Assembly: GCA_963555995.3 (NCBI GenBank)
Contig: OY821641.1
Span: 352,001 to 416,000, forward strand
Source: Vicinamibacteria bacterium
Lineage (GTDB): Bacteria > Acidobacteriota > Vicinamibacteria > Marinacidobacterales > Marinacidobacteraceae
Reading direction: 5' to 3'
Length of the DNA: 64,000 bases
The notes beneath the pieces are model-generated. The model did not search any database, was not told the DNA's origin, and was given only the letters and a program-made list of their open reading frames with translations. The first letter of the stretch is position 1, and each line of letters starts with the position of its first letter. Positions 31,443-41,419 of this stretch are shown here, in pieces. The position numbers and the translations under genes were made by a program.

Positions 31443-33092
31443 GTGTCCGGCAGCGGGGAGCCCCTCATCCGGAACGCCGGCGAAGCCGCCTTCTCCGTCG
31501 AGTTCGGGAACGAGATCTCCCGGGAGTTGAACGCCAAGGCCACCGCCCTCGCCGCGCTTCTCGAGCGCGAGCCCTTCGACGGCTACCGGGAGGCGATCCC
31601 CACCTTCCGCTCGGTGCTGGTCTTCCACGGCCCGGAGGCGGACCGGCAGGCCATCCGGTCCCATGCCCTCGACCTCGCCCGCCGCGCCGGCCGGGAGCCC
31701 GAGCCCGCGCCGCGCCACCTCGAGTTCCCCTGCGTCTATGACGGGGAAGACCTCCCGGAGGTGGCGGCCGAGGTCGGCGTCTCCGTCGAGGAGCTGGTCC
31801 GCATCCACTCGGAACGCGAGTACCGCGTCTTCATCATCGGGTTCACGCCGGGGTTCCCCTACCTGGGGATGGCGGACCCCCGCCTCGACATCCCGCGGCG
31901 CTCGGTCCCCCGGGTGCGCGTCCCGGCGGGGGCGGTGGCCATGGCCCGCGCCCAGACCGGCATCTATCCGTGGGTCACGCCGGGCGGCTGGCACCTCCTC
32001 GGGCGGATGGATCCGGCGCTCCTCTTCGACCCCGGCAAGAGCCCGCCGAGCGGCTGCCTGCCGGGCGACCAGGTGCGGTTCCTGCCGGTGGACGAGTTGC
32101 CCGAGCGTCCCGCCGGGGAGGCCGCCGCCCCGCCGCCCCCCGAGGGGCCGCCGGCCGTCGAGGTGGAGCGCGGCGGCCTGCTCACCACCGTCCAGGACCT
32201 CGGCCGCCCCGGCTACCAGCGCTACGGGGTCCCCTGGTCGGGGGCCGCCGACCCGGCGTCGCTCCGCTTCGCCAACCGGGCGGTCGGGAATCCGGACGGC
32301 GCCGCGGGGCTCGAATGCACCCTGATGGGCCCGGTGCTCCGCTTCCGCCGTCCCGTGCTGACCGCGCTCGGGGGCGCCGACCACCGGGGGGTCCTCCACC
32401 TCCCGGGCGGCGGCCGCTGGCCGGTCCCGGTGGGGACCTCCTTCCTCGCGCCGGCGGGCAGCGTCCTCCGCTTCTCCGGTCCCCCGGCGGGGATGCGGAC
32501 CTACCTGGCGTTCGCCGGCGGGGTGGAGGTTCCCGACGTGCTGGGGTCCCGGGCCACCTACCTCACCGCCGCCTTCGGGGGGTTCGAGGGCCGCGCGCTC
32601 CGCTCCGGCGACCGCCTCCACGTCGGCCCCGCCCCCGAGGGCGCCCGCGAGAACCGGTTCGAGCCCGACGCGCGCCGCCCGCCGGCGGCCGGGCCGCTCC
32701 GGCTCCGCATCAGCCTCGGTCCGCAGGAGTTCGCTTTCACCGAGGCGTGCGTGGAGCGCCTCTCCGAGCTGCGCTTCACGGTCTCGAACGACTCGAACCG
32801 GATGGGCGTCCGGCTCGACGGTCCCATCCTCGAACACCGCGAGGGGATGAAGGAGATCGTCTCGGACGCGAACCCGCACGGCACGATCCAGGTGCCCCCC
32901 GGCGGCCACCCCATCGTCATGGGCGCCGACCAGGGCATCACCGGCGGCTATCCCAAGATCGGAACCGTGGTGGCTCCGGATCTCGCCCGGCTCGCCCAGG
33001 CGCTCCCGGGGGCCGAGGTGGGGCTCGACGTCGTGTCGCTGGAGGAGGCGCGGGAGATCACCCTCGCCGACCTGGCGCGGCGGCGCGTCTGA
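31443..33092 (+). CDS. pxpBC: Fused 5-oxoprolinase subunits B and C
   Basis: GFTPGFPYLG and TPGGWHLLGR (PxpB); LLTTVQDLGRPG, GSRAT, SNRMGVRL and TGGYPKIG (PxpC). Confidence 0.92.
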   Translation: MSGSGEPLIRNAGEAAFSVEFGNEISRELNAKATALAALLEREPFDGYREAIPTFRSVLVFHGPEADRQAIRSHALDLARRAGREPEPAPRHLEFPCVYDGEDLPEVAAEVGVSVEELVRIHSEREYRVFIIGFTPGFPYLGMADPRLDIPRRSVPRVRVPAGAVAMARAQTGIYPWVTPGGWHLLGRMDPALLFDPGKSPPSGCLPGDQVRFLPVDELPERPAGEAAAPPPPEGPPAVEVERGGLLTTVQDLGRPGYQRYGVPWSGAADPASLRFANRAVGNPDGAAGLECTLMGPVLRFRRPVLTALGGADHRGVLHLPGGGRWPVPVGTSFLAPAGSVLRFSGPPAGMRTYLAFAGGVEVPDVLGSRATYLTAAFGGFEGRALRSGDRLHVGPAPEGARENRFEPDARRPPAAGPLRLRISLGPQEFAFTEACVERLSELRFTVSNDSNRMGVRLDGPILEHREGMKEIVSDANPHGTIQVPPGGHPIVMGADQGITGGYPKIGTVVAPDLARLAQALPGAEVGLDVVSLEEAREITLADLARRRV

Positions 33093-33114
33093 GTTCCCCT
33101 CAGGACCCGTTCAG

Positions 33115-33151
33115 CCTTGAAAATTGGACGCGCGACGTCCAATTTTCAAGG
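33115..33151. terminator. Perfect 16-bp hairpin between convergent genes
   Basis: CCTTGAAAATTGGACG-CGCGA-CGTCCAATTTTCAAGG. Confidence 0.5.
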
Positions 33152-33165
33152 TAGTTCAGCCTCCT

Positions 33166-33618
33166 TCAGGCGTTCCGTGGCGGTCCGATCTCCGCCGAGA
33201 CGCCGAAGAGTTCCCCGATCCTTTCCCTGAGCAGATCGCGGGTCTCCCGGAACCGGCCGAGCATCTCCTCCTCGCCCCAGGCTTCCGCCGGGTCGTCGAG
33301 CGGCCAGTGGAGGCGGCGGACCCGGCCGGGCGCCACCGGGCAGACCTCCTCGGCGCAGAGGGTGACCACCAAGTCGGCGCGCTCGAGGTGGATCTCGTCC
33401 ATGCCCTTCGAGCGCGCCCGGCTGATGTCGATGCCGATTTCGTCCAGCACCCGTACCGCCATCGGGTGGACCCGCCACGGGTTCGATCCGGCGCTCAGCA
33501 CGATGGTCCCGGCGGGCGCGATCCGGCGGGCGAGCGCCTCGGCGAGCTGGCTGCGGGCCGAGTTGGCGACGCAGAGGAACACGACGGTCCGGGGGACGCT
33601 CGGGTCGCGGTTGGCCAC
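33166..33618 (-). CDS. arsC: Arsenate reductase / LMW-PTP family
   Basis: FLCVANSARSQLAE, SAGSNP, VVTLCAEEVCP and HWPLDDP. Confidence 0.85.
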   Translation of the reverse strand: MANRDPSVPRTVVFLCVANSARSQLAEALARRIAPAGTIVLSAGSNPWRVHPMAVRVLDEIGIDISRARSKGMDEIHLERADLVVTLCAEEVCPVAPGRVRRLHWPLDDPAEAWGEEEMLGRFRETRDLLRERIGELFGVSAEIGPPRNA

Positions 33619-33703
33619 GGTCGGCGCGGATTCTACGGCGCTATCCTTCGCGCCTTCCCGGGACCGCTCGCGCCCGCAGTTGGCCCGGTTCGCTTCCCCG
33701 CCG

Positions 33704-34435
33704 ATGTTTCGTCGCGTTTCGTTGTTTCCCGCGTCCGCGCTTCTCCTGGCGTTGGCCGCCGGGCTCGCGGGCTGCGGCGAACCCGACGTCCGGGAGCGGC
33801 TCTCCGGAGCGCCGGAGACGGTCCCGCCGCCCGCCGCTCCGGCGGCGGACGACCCCCGTCCCGCGCTGGTCGCGTTCGGGGACAGCCTCACCGCCGGCTA
33901 CGGGATTGACCTCGACGAGGCCTGGCCGGCGCGGTTGCAGGAACGCCTCGACGCCGCGGGGTTCGCGTACCGCGTCGTGAACGCCGGGGTGTCCGGGGAG
34001 ACCACCTCGGGCGGGCTGCGGCGCCTCCCCTTCGTCCTCGACCGGAACCCGGACGCCGCACTGGTGGTCATCGCGCTCGGCGGGAACGACGGGCTCCGCG
34101 GCGTCCCCGTGGACGTGATGATGGACAACCTCGAGGCCATGATCCGGGAGGCCGAAGGACGCGGCCTGAAGGTGCTGCTGGCCGGGGTCCCCGCGCCCCC
34201 CGAGCTCGGCCGGGACTACGAGGACGGCTTCGCCGAGACGTTCCGGGACGTGGCCGGAGCCACCGGCGTGCCGCTGCTGCCGAGCCTGCTCGAGGGGGTG
34301 GCGGGCGTCGCCGAGCTGAACCAGCGCGACGGGATCCACCCCACCGCCGAGGGGGCGCTCCGGCTGGCCGATAACGCCTTCGCCGCCCTGAAGCCGCTCC
34401 TTGCGGAACCTCCCGCGGCGACCGCCGTTCCCTGA
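33704..34435 (+). CDS. tesA: GDSL arylesterase / acyl-CoA thioesterase I, lipoprotein-like
   Basis: FGDSLTAG, NAGVSGET, GGNDG and DGIHP; LAGC lipobox. Confidence 0.88.
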   Translation: MFRRVSLFPASALLLALAAGLAGCGEPDVRERLSGAPETVPPPAAPAADDPRPALVAFGDSLTAGYGIDLDEAWPARLQERLDAAGFAYRVVNAGVSGETTSGGLRRLPFVLDRNPDAALVVIALGGNDGLRGVPVDVMMDNLEAMIREAEGRGLKVLLAGVPAPPELGRDYEDGFAETFRDVAGATGVPLLPSLLEGVAGVAELNQRDGIHPTAEGALRLADNAFAALKPLLAEPPAATAVP

Positions 34436-34443
34436 GAGAAGCG

Positions 34444-35151
34444 ATGATCCTGGCGACCGGCCTCGAGAAGACGGTCCGGAGCGGCGACCGCGACCTCACC
34501 ATCCTCAGCGGACTCGAACTGTCGGTCCCCGCGGGCGAGATCGTCTGCGTCCGGGGTCCCTCCGGCTGTGGAAAGTCCACCCTGCTCGGACTGCTCGCCG
34601 GGCTCGACCACCCGACCGCGGGCGCGGTGGAAGTGGCGGGCACCGACCTCACCGGCCTCGACGAGGAGAGCCTCGCGCGGTTCCGGTCGAAGAACATCGG
34701 CTTCGTCTTCCAGTCCTTCCACCTGCTGCCCAACCTGACGGCGCTCGAGAACGTGGCGGTGCCCCTCGAGATCGCGGGGGCCGGCGACGCGGTGGAGCGG
34801 GCGCGGGAACTCCTCGACTCCTTCGGGATCGGCGAACGGGCGCACCACCTGCCGTCCCAGATGTCCGGCGGCGAGCAGCAGCGGGTGGCCATCGCCCGGG
34901 CGGTCTCCAACGAGCCGCGGGTGGTGTTCGCCGACGAGCCCACCGGCAACCTCGACGAGGAGACCGGGGCCCGGATCGCGGAACTGCTGGTCGGGGTGCG
35001 CGACCGCACCGGGGCCACCGTGCTGGTCGCGACCCATGACACGGAACTCGCGGAGCGCGCCGACCGCCGGCTGCTGCTCCGCGGCGGCCGGCTCCACGAC
35101 GACACGCCCGCCGTGGAACCCGCCCCCGAGCCGGCGCTCGCCGGCGTCTGA
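34444..35151 (+). CDS. ABC transporter ATP-binding protein (YbbA/LolD-like)
   Basis: GPSGCGKST, MSGGEQQR and FADEPTGNLD. Confidence 0.93.
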   Translation: MILATGLEKTVRSGDRDLTILSGLELSVPAGEIVCVRGPSGCGKSTLLGLLAGLDHPTAGAVEVAGTDLTGLDEESLARFRSKNIGFVFQSFHLLPNLTALENVAVPLEIAGAGDAVERARELLDSFGIGERAHHLPSQMSGGEQQRVAIARAVSNEPRVVFADEPTGNLDEETGARIAELLVGVRDRTGATVLVATHDTELAERADRRLLLRGGRLHDDTPAVEPAPEPALAGV

Positions 35152-35162
35152 CCGAACACACC

Positions 35163-37694
35163 ATGCGGTTCGCGGTCCGGATGGCCTTCCGGGAACTCCG
35201 GTCCTCCGCCCGCCGGCTGGCGCTCTGCTTCGTCGCGGTCGGCATCGGCGTGGCCGCGATCGTGGTGCTCCGGTCGGCGGCGGACAGCCTGCAGGCGGCG
35301 CTGACCGGCGAGTCGCGCTTCCTGATGGCCGCCGACGTGACGGTCTCCACCGGCGAGGGCTTCACCGACGAGACCGAGGTCCTCTTCGACGACGTGGCGT
35401 CCGGCCACCCGCTCACCGGCGTGTCGCGTTCGGTGCAGATCGCGACGCTCGCGCGCTCGGCCGACGACCCGCTCCGGGGCGCGATGGTCGAACTCAAGGG
35501 GGTGGACGGCGCCTTCCCGCTCTACGGCGCGATGGAGGTGGCCGGCGCGCGCTTCGGCCCGGAGCTGCTCGGCGGGCGGGGGGCGCTGGTGCGGCCGGAG
35601 GTTCGGGTCCGGCTGGGCCTCGAAGTCGGGGACCCGATCGTGCTCGGCGGCGAACCCTTCGAGGTGCGCGGGGATCTCCTCAAGGAGCCGGGGGCGGGGA
35701 TTGACTTCTTCCGGCGCGGGCCGCGGGTGCTGGTGGCTCTCTCCGACCTGGAGGCGACCGGGCTGCTCGACGTCCCGGAGCGCGCCCGCTGGGAGGTCCT
35801 GTTCGCGGTGGCGAACGAGGAGGCGGTGGGCGGGCTCGCGGCCGGTCTCCGGGCGGCGCTCGAGGACCAGCCCGTCCGGGTGCGGACGTTCCGGCAGACG
35901 GGGGACCGCCTCGCCCGGCGCATCCGGCGCGGCGAGGACTACCTGAGCCTCGCGGGCTTCGTGATCCTGCTGCTCGGCGGCATCGGGGTCTTCAGCGTGG
36001 CGCGGGCCTTCACCCGCCAGAGCCTGCCCTCCGCGGCCATCGAGCGCTGTCTCGGGGTGCCCTCGCGCACCATCCTCCTGATCGCGCTCCTGCAGATGGC
36101 GGTACTCGCGGGACTCGCGAGCGCCTTCGGCATCGCCGCCGGAGCGGCGGCGCTCCAGTTGTTCATCCCCGAGGTGGAGGTGGGGGGCCTGCAGGTCGCG
36201 GCGCGGCTCACCCCGGCGGCGGCGCTCCAGGGCGCGCTCACCGGCGGCCTCGTCTCGCTGCTCTCCGCGGTCTTCCCGCTGCTGCCGCTCCGCCGGGTCC
36301 GTCCGCTGGGGCTGCTGCGGAGCGGGGACATGCTGGACGAGCGGGGATCCCCGGCCGCCCGGCGGCTCGAGGGCGCGGTGGCGGCGGGGGCGGTGCTCGT
36401 GTTCTTCGGGTTCGCGGGCTGGCAGTCGGGATCGCTGCGGATCACCCTCGCGGTGACCGGCGGGTTCGTGCTGGTTGCGGTGCTGCTCTGGATCCTGGGC
36501 GGCCTGATCCTCCGCGGCCTGACGCCGCTCGCCGCCGCCCGCACCTTCGCGGTGCGCCACGCGGTGCGCACCGTGCTCCGCGGCGCGCGCCAGATCCGGG
36601 TGGTGCTGGTCGCGCTCGGGGTGGGGGTGTTCCTGGTGCTCGCCACCGTGGGCATCGAGCGGAACGTCCAGCGCGAGTTCAGCTTCCAGGAGGGCAGCGA
36701 CGATCCCGATCTCTTCTTCCTGGACATCCAGGCCGACCAGGCGGACGGGGTCCGCGCGAACGCGGCGGCGCGGGGGTTCCCCGACATCAACCTGATTCCG
36801 GTGCTCCAGACCCGGATCCACGGGATCTTCGGCCGCGAGGTGCACCTCGAGGACCGGGCCGCGGTGCGGCGCGCCGGGGGGCTGTCGCGGGAATACACGG
36901 TCAGCTCGCGCGACTGGCTCGAAGACAACGAGATCGTCACCGAGGGCGCGTTCTGGGGCGAGCGGCCCGCCGAGGGCGCCGAGGTGTCCATCGAGAACTG
37001 GGTGCAGGAGGACCGCGGCGTCCAGCTCGGGGACACGATGCGCTTCGAGATCATGGGCGAGACGCTCGACGCGCGGGTCACCTCGATCCGCGACGTGGAG
37101 TGGCGGAACGCCCGGAACGGCGGGTTCACCTTCCTCTTCCACCCGGACAGCGTGGCGCACTTCCCCATGTCCTACGCCGGCTTCGTCCGGGGGCCGGACG
37201 ACGTGGTGGAGCGGGCCCGCTTTCAGGGGGCGGTGGTGGGCGAGTTCCCGAACGTCTCGGTGGTGGACCTCCGCGACGTGCTGGACACCATGCAGCAGGT
37301 GGCGGACAGCGTCGCGCTCGCGATCCGCATCGTGGGCCTGATCGCGCTGGTCGGCGGCCTGCTGATCCTGATCGGCACCGTCGCGGTCCACATCGGGGCC
37401 CGCCGCCGCGAGACGGCGGTGCTCCGGGTGTTCGGCGCGGGCCGCAACCGGGTGGTGGCGATCACCCTGCTCGAACACAGCGTCATCGGCGCGGTGGCGG
37501 GCGCCGCCGCGGCGGTGGGGGCCTCGGCCACCGCGTTCTTCGTGGTGCGGGAGATCATGCAGCTCCCCTTCGAGGCCGACCCCTCGCTCATCCTGTTCGC
37601 GATCGGGCTCCCGGCGCTGGGCGCGGCGGGCGTGGGGGCGCTCGCGGCCGTGGACATCCTCCGGCGCAAGCCGCTCGGCGTCCTCGCTGACTAG
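35163..37694 (+). CDS. ABC transporter permease (YbbP/FtsX-like, duplicated)
   Basis: RELRSS N-terminus, ELKGVDGAFPLYG, DLFFLDIQ and multiple TM segments; tesA-ybbA-ybbP synteny. Confidence 0.9.
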   Translation: MRFAVRMAFRELRSSARRLALCFVAVGIGVAAIVVLRSAADSLQAALTGESRFLMAADVTVSTGEGFTDETEVLFDDVASGHPLTGVSRSVQIATLARSADDPLRGAMVELKGVDGAFPLYGAMEVAGARFGPELLGGRGALVRPEVRVRLGLEVGDPIVLGGEPFEVRGDLLKEPGAGIDFFRRGPRVLVALSDLEATGLLDVPERARWEVLFAVANEEAVGGLAAGLRAALEDQPVRVRTFRQTGDRLARRIRRGEDYLSLAGFVILLLGGIGVFSVARAFTRQSLPSAAIERCLGVPSRTILLIALLQMAVLAGLASAFGIAAGAAALQLFIPEVEVGGLQVAARLTPAAALQGALTGGLVSLLSAVFPLLPLRRVRPLGLLRSGDMLDERGSPAARRLEGAVAAGAVLVFFGFAGWQSGSLRITLAVTGGFVLVAVLLWILGGLILRGLTPLAAARTFAVRHAVRTVLRGARQIRVVLVALGVGVFLVLATVGIERNVQREFSFQEGSDDPDLFFLDIQADQADGVRANAAARGFPDINLIPVLQTRIHGIFGREVHLEDRAAVRRAGGLSREYTVSSRDWLEDNEIVTEGAFWGERPAEGAEVSIENWVQEDRGVQLGDTMRFEIMGETLDARVTSIRDVEWRNARNGGFTFLFHPDSVAHFPMSYAGFVRGPDDVVERARFQGAVVGEFPNVSVVDLRDVLDTMQQVADSVALAIRIVGLIALVGGLLILIGTVAVHIGARRRETAVLRVFGAGRNRVVAITLLEHSVIGAVAGAAAAVGASATAFFVVREIMQLPFEADPSLILFAIGLPALGAAGVGALAAVDILRRKPLGVLAD

Positions 37695-37715
37695 GAGCGC
37701 CGGAAACAGGAAAGC

Positions 37716-38348
37716 ATGAACTTCGATCCTTCCACCCACCTCTCTGCTCTCGAACGCGCCGTTTCCTCCGGCGAACGCGAGGGAGAGCCGGCCCGCGCCG
37801 TCACGCTGTCCCGCTGCTTCGGGGCGACGGCCCCGGACCTCTGGGACGCGGTGACGAACCCCGAGCGGCTGCCGCGCTGGTTTGCCCCGGTGAGCGGCGA
37901 CCTCGAAGCGGGTGGCCGCTACCAGATCGAGGGGAACGCCGGCGGCGTCATCACGGAGTGCGAACGGCCGTCCCACCTCGCCCTGACCTGGGAGTTCGGG
38001 GAAGACGTGAGCTGGGTCGAGGTCTCGGTCGCGGACGAGGGGGCGGGCCGCGCGCGGCTCACACTCACGCACACCATGCGACCTTCCGACCATTGGGACA
38101 CGTACGGGCCCGGGGCGACCGGTGTGGGCTGGGAACTGGGTTTTCTGGGGTTGGCGCTCCACCTCGCCGACCCCGCGGCGCCGAAGCTGGACGAGGCCGC
38201 GTTCGCCGCATCGGGCGACGGCAGGGCGTTCATCGCCGGGAGCGGCAAGGGTTGGGAACGGGCGGCGGTCACCGCCGGCGCCGACCCCGGCGCCGCGCGG
38301 ATGGCGGCAAAGCGCACGACCGCGGCCTATACGGGCGAGTCCGCCTAG
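37716..38348 (+). CDS. SRPBCC/AHSA1 domain protein
   Basis: LWDAVTNPERLPRWFAPVSGDL..GGRYQIEGNAGG and GPGATGVGWE. Confidence 0.88.
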   Translation: MNFDPSTHLSALERAVSSGEREGEPARAVTLSRCFGATAPDLWDAVTNPERLPRWFAPVSGDLEAGGRYQIEGNAGGVITECERPSHLALTWEFGEDVSWVEVSVADEGAGRARLTLTHTMRPSDHWDTYGPGATGVGWELGFLGLALHLADPAAPKLDEAAFAASGDGRAFIAGSGKGWERAAVTAGADPGAARMAAKRTTAAYTGESA

Positions 38349-38370
38349 CAGGCGGCCTCGTCGCGCAGCA

Positions 38371-38751
38371 TCAGACCCGGAAGCCGAGCTCGGCCGCGAC
38401 CGCCCGCTGCCGCTCGTTCAGCGTGACGAACGCCGTCTCGCGCGGGTCCGGTGCCGCAAAGAGAGCGTTGGCCAGATGCCACATATCGGCACCGCGTAGA
38501 TATCCGGCCTCCAGAACCGCCTCGATCTCTTCCGCGAGTGGCCGGAAGGGATACACCCAGCGAATCCGGGCAACGTAACGCGGAGCGAACGGAATGCCCT
38601 CCCGCGCAAGCACCGACCGCAACTCGGCTTCCAGAAGGTTCGACGAGCAGAGGGCGCCGTACCGCAGCAGACGCTCTCCGAGCGCCGCACTCCCCTCTTC
38701 CCGGAACGCGATCGCCACGATGGCCGAGGAATCCACGTAGGCAAGGCTCAC
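38371..38751 (-). CDS. VapC/PIN domain toxin
   Basis: YVDSSAIV, NLLEAE, LRGADMWHLA and FVTLNERQ. Confidence 0.88.
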   Translation of the reverse strand: MSLAYVDSSAIVAIAFREEGSAALGERLLRYGALCSSNLLEAELRSVLAREGIPFAPRYVARIRWVYPFRPLAEEIEAVLEAGYLRGADMWHLANALFAAPDPRETAFVTLNERQRAVAAELGFRV

Positions 38752-38754
38752 CGG

Positions 38755-39030
38755 CTAATCCCGCTCGTCAAGGAATCGTTGTAGCGCCCCCGGCCGGTGA
38801 GCGATCGGTTCGAGGGGAGCATTGGGGTCCGCCGCGGGCGAAATGAGACCACGGCGCTCCATTTCCTCGAGGTGCTCTTCGAGCGTCTTCTTTTTCTTCT
38901 TCTCGATCGGCCGGATCTCGGCCACCGGTTTCCCGTGGTAGGAGATGTGCACGGTGCGTCCCTCGCGGACCAGTCGGATGACTTCGGAAAAGCGGGCTTT
39001 CGCCTCGTAGGTGGTGTAGGTCAAGGTCAT
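38755..39030 (-). CDS. Phd/YefM antitoxin
   Basis: YTTYEAKARFSEVIRLVREG..HGKPVAEIRP. Confidence 0.9.
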   Translation of the reverse strand: MTLTYTTYEAKARFSEVIRLVREGRTVHISYHGKPVAEIRPIEKKKKKTLEEHLEEMERRGLISPAADPNAPLEPIAHRPGALQRFLDERD

Positions 39031-39041
39031 GGTCAATGTTG

Positions 39042-39060
39042 GACTAGTCAGACCAGTCTA
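39042..39060. promoter_or_regulatory. TA operator
   Basis: Tandem palindromes GACTAGTC and GACCAGTC overlapping a minus-strand TAGACT -10 box. Confidence 0.55.
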
Positions 39061-39129
39061 ACACCGGTGGTGAAACCCACGGGAGCGCCGAGACGCGCCA
39101 GTTGCCGTGAAGAGCGGTCCCGCCGGTCC

Positions 39130-39348
39130 GCGTCGGAGCGCCAGCCTCCGGCTGGCATCGCGCGGGAGCGCGAAACCGTCATGTGGGAGCGCCGGTCTTC
39201 AGACCGGCACGCGCTGCGCAAGCGCGCAGCGCACGGCACCACGCTGGCTGGGGGGATGGCGCTCCGTTCTCGGTTCATCACCGCAGACAGCGACACGACA
39301 TCCGCGGGCCTTCGGCACGCTGTGCCGCTCTGAAGAGCGGCGGTCCCA
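39130..39348. repeat. REP plus REPIN-like inverted doublet (39184-39348)
   Basis: Inverted REP ends; interior homologous to 48448-48607; 39130-39183 homologous to 61372-61425. Confidence 0.85.
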
Positions 39349-39351
39349 GCC

Positions 39352-39855
39352 TCAGGTCTCCGCGCCCGATGCCAGGCTCTCCAGCCACGCCTCGGGGATG
39401 CGGACCGCGACCACCTCTCCCTCCGCCGTGACGACTCCGTCCGCCTCCACCCGCACCGCGACCCGCACCTTGCGGTCGCCGATCTCCGTCGCCCGGGCGC
39501 GGAGCACGAGTTCGACGCCGAGGGGCGTGGGCTTGCGGTAGTTCACCTGCAGCGACCCCGTCACGAAGCGGAGGGGCGGGTCGCTGTCCATGGGGCGCCC
39601 CGCCGCCCGGTACGCCTCCCAAGCCGCGGTGCCGGTGCCGTGGCAGTCCACCAGCGACGCGATCAGGCCGCCGTACACCGCTCCGGGGACTGCGGTGTGG
39701 AAGGGCTCCGGGGTGAAGCGGCAGACCGCCTCGTCGCCCTCGGCGAAGCTCCGGATTCGGTAGCCGTCCGGGTTGCGGGCGCCGCACCCGTAGCAGTGCT
39801 TCGTGGTGTCCGGGTAGTAGTCCTGAAACGCCTTCCGCTCGTCCGCCGGGCTCAT
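39352..39855 (-). CDS. PaaI/hotdog-fold thioesterase
   Basis: CYGCGARNPDG, YGGLIASLVDCHG and VTGSLQVNYRKPTP. Confidence 0.88.
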   Translation of the reverse strand: MSPADERKAFQDYYPDTTKHCYGCGARNPDGYRIRSFAEGDEAVCRFTPEPFHTAVPGAVYGGLIASLVDCHGTGTAAWEAYRAAGRPMDSDPPLRFVTGSLQVNYRKPTPLGVELVLRARATEIGDRKVRVAVRVEADGVVTAEGEVVAVRIPEAWLESLASGAET

Positions 39856-40217
39856 GCCGCGCGCACCAGCGCGACGAAGAGACAGCCCCAGGCGGCGATG
39901 AGGCACAGCCCGCCCAGCGGGGTCACCGGACCGAGCCACGACGGCCCGCCGAGCGCCAGCCAGTAGAGGCTCCCGGAGAACAGCACGATCCCGGCGGTCA
40001 TCAGCGCCCCGGCCAGCGAGGCGGGGGCGCCGAGGTCCCGCGCCACCAGCGCCCCGACCGCCAGCAGGCCCAGCCCGTGGATCAGGTGGTAGCGGACCGC
40101 GGTCTCGAACGTCTGGAGCGACTTCGCGTCCAACCGGGGCGCCAGCCCGTGCGCGCCGAAGGCGCCGGCGACCACCCCGAGCGCCATCGCGGCGGCGCCG
40201 ACCGCAAGCCACGGCAT
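39852..40217 (-). CDS. DUF423 (YgdD/YwdK-like) membrane protein
   Basis: GAFGAHGL, FETAVRYHLIH, LFSGSLY and TPLGG. Confidence 0.9.
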   Translation of the reverse strand: MPWLAVGAAAMALGVVAGAFGAHGLAPRLDAKSLQTFETAVRYHLIHGLGLLAVGALVARDLGAPASLAGALMTAGIVLFSGSLYWLALGGPSWLGPVTPLGGLCLIAAWGCLFVALVRAA

Positions 40218-40229
40218 CGGAAGCCCCGG

Positions 40230-41270
40230 TCAGCGCGCCGTCTGCCCCATCCGCAGCGCCTTCTGCGGGGTCATCGGCTCGTCCGGATAGAGCGAGGCCA
40301 CCTGGTCCGCGTAGCCGTTGAAGAGCGGGGTCGGGAAGTTGCTCCGGTCGTCCAGCCAGTAGGACTCCGCCTGGCTCCAGCGCGGGTGCGGGATGTTCGG
40401 GTTGATGTTCGACAGGAACCCGTACTCGTGCTGCTGCATCTCCCAGAAGAAGGGCGGCTGCCGCCGGGTCAACTCGATCTTCACCACCGCCTTCGGCCCC
40501 TTGTAGCCGTACTTCCAGGGGATCGCCAGCCGGATCGGCGCGCCGTGCTGGCGGACCAGCGGGTCGCCGTAGATGCCGGTGGCCACGAACGCCAGCGGGT
40601 GCATCGCCTCGTCCATCCGGAGCGCCTCGTGGTACGGCCAGGGGTACCAGTTGCTGGACGCGAGGCCCGGCATCTCCTCGGGCCGGTTCAGCGAGGTGAA
40701 CGCCACGAACCGGGCGTTGGCGTTCGGCTCCACCGCGTCCAGCAGCGCCGACAGCGGGAACCCGGTCCAGGGCACGTTCATCGCCCAGCGCTCCACGCAG
40801 CGGAAGTGGTAGATCCGCTCCTCGTGCTCGAACTTGAGCAGGTCGTCGAGATCGAAGGTGCGCGGCTTGTCGCACTCGCCGGTCACCTCGACGGCCCAGG
40901 GAATGGGCTGGTAGTCGCCCGCGAGCTTCCAGACCGCGCCGCCGCGACCCGCGAGGAACTCGTAGAAGTTGTTGTGCGAACCCGCCACCTCGCGCGCCGT
41001 CAGCTCCTGGCGCTCGATCATCTCGGGGATCCGGTAGGCCTCGTTCTTCTTCGCGGGGAACACGTCGGGCCGGGAATACGGAATCTCCAGCATCTCCGCG
41101 CCCTCGGCGTTCGTGCCGCAGGCGAGGGCGTAGGGACCCACGAGCGCGGCGCTCCCGAGCGTCTTCAGGATGGCCCGGCGGTTGAAGAAGACCGCGGGGT
41201 CGGTGACGGCGCCCCCGACGGGGCTCTTCTCGTAGCGAATCCGTTTCGAGGTCTTGACGAGGTGGCTCAT
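40230..41270 (-). CDS. msrP: Protein-methionine-sulfoxide reductase catalytic subunit
   Basis: NRRAIL Tat-like motif, HNNFYEF, RCVERW, EALRMDEAMHPL, PWKYGYKGPK and HPRWSQA. Confidence 0.93.
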   Translation of the reverse strand: MSHLVKTSKRIRYEKSPVGGAVTDPAVFFNRRAILKTLGSAALVGPYALACGTNAEGAEMLEIPYSRPDVFPAKKNEAYRIPEMIERQELTAREVAGSHNNFYEFLAGRGGAVWKLAGDYQPIPWAVEVTGECDKPRTFDLDDLLKFEHEERIYHFRCVERWAMNVPWTGFPLSALLDAVEPNANARFVAFTSLNRPEEMPGLASSNWYPWPYHEALRMDEAMHPLAFVATGIYGDPLVRQHGAPIRLAIPWKYGYKGPKAVVKIELTRRQPPFFWEMQQHEYGFLSNINPNIPHPRWSQAESYWLDDRSNFPTPLFNGYADQVASLYPDEPMTPQKALRMGQTAR

Positions 41271-41419
41271 TGGTACGCTCCCCCGGCTCCCGGCCGACGG
41301 CCCGGAAGCCGGCTCCCCAATGGTAGCCGGACGCCGGACGCCGGCGGGGGTCGCCGGGACCACGGAGCGTCCCGCTCGCGGGCCGATCCGCTCTCCCGAC
41401 TCTCCCACCGGCAAACACC

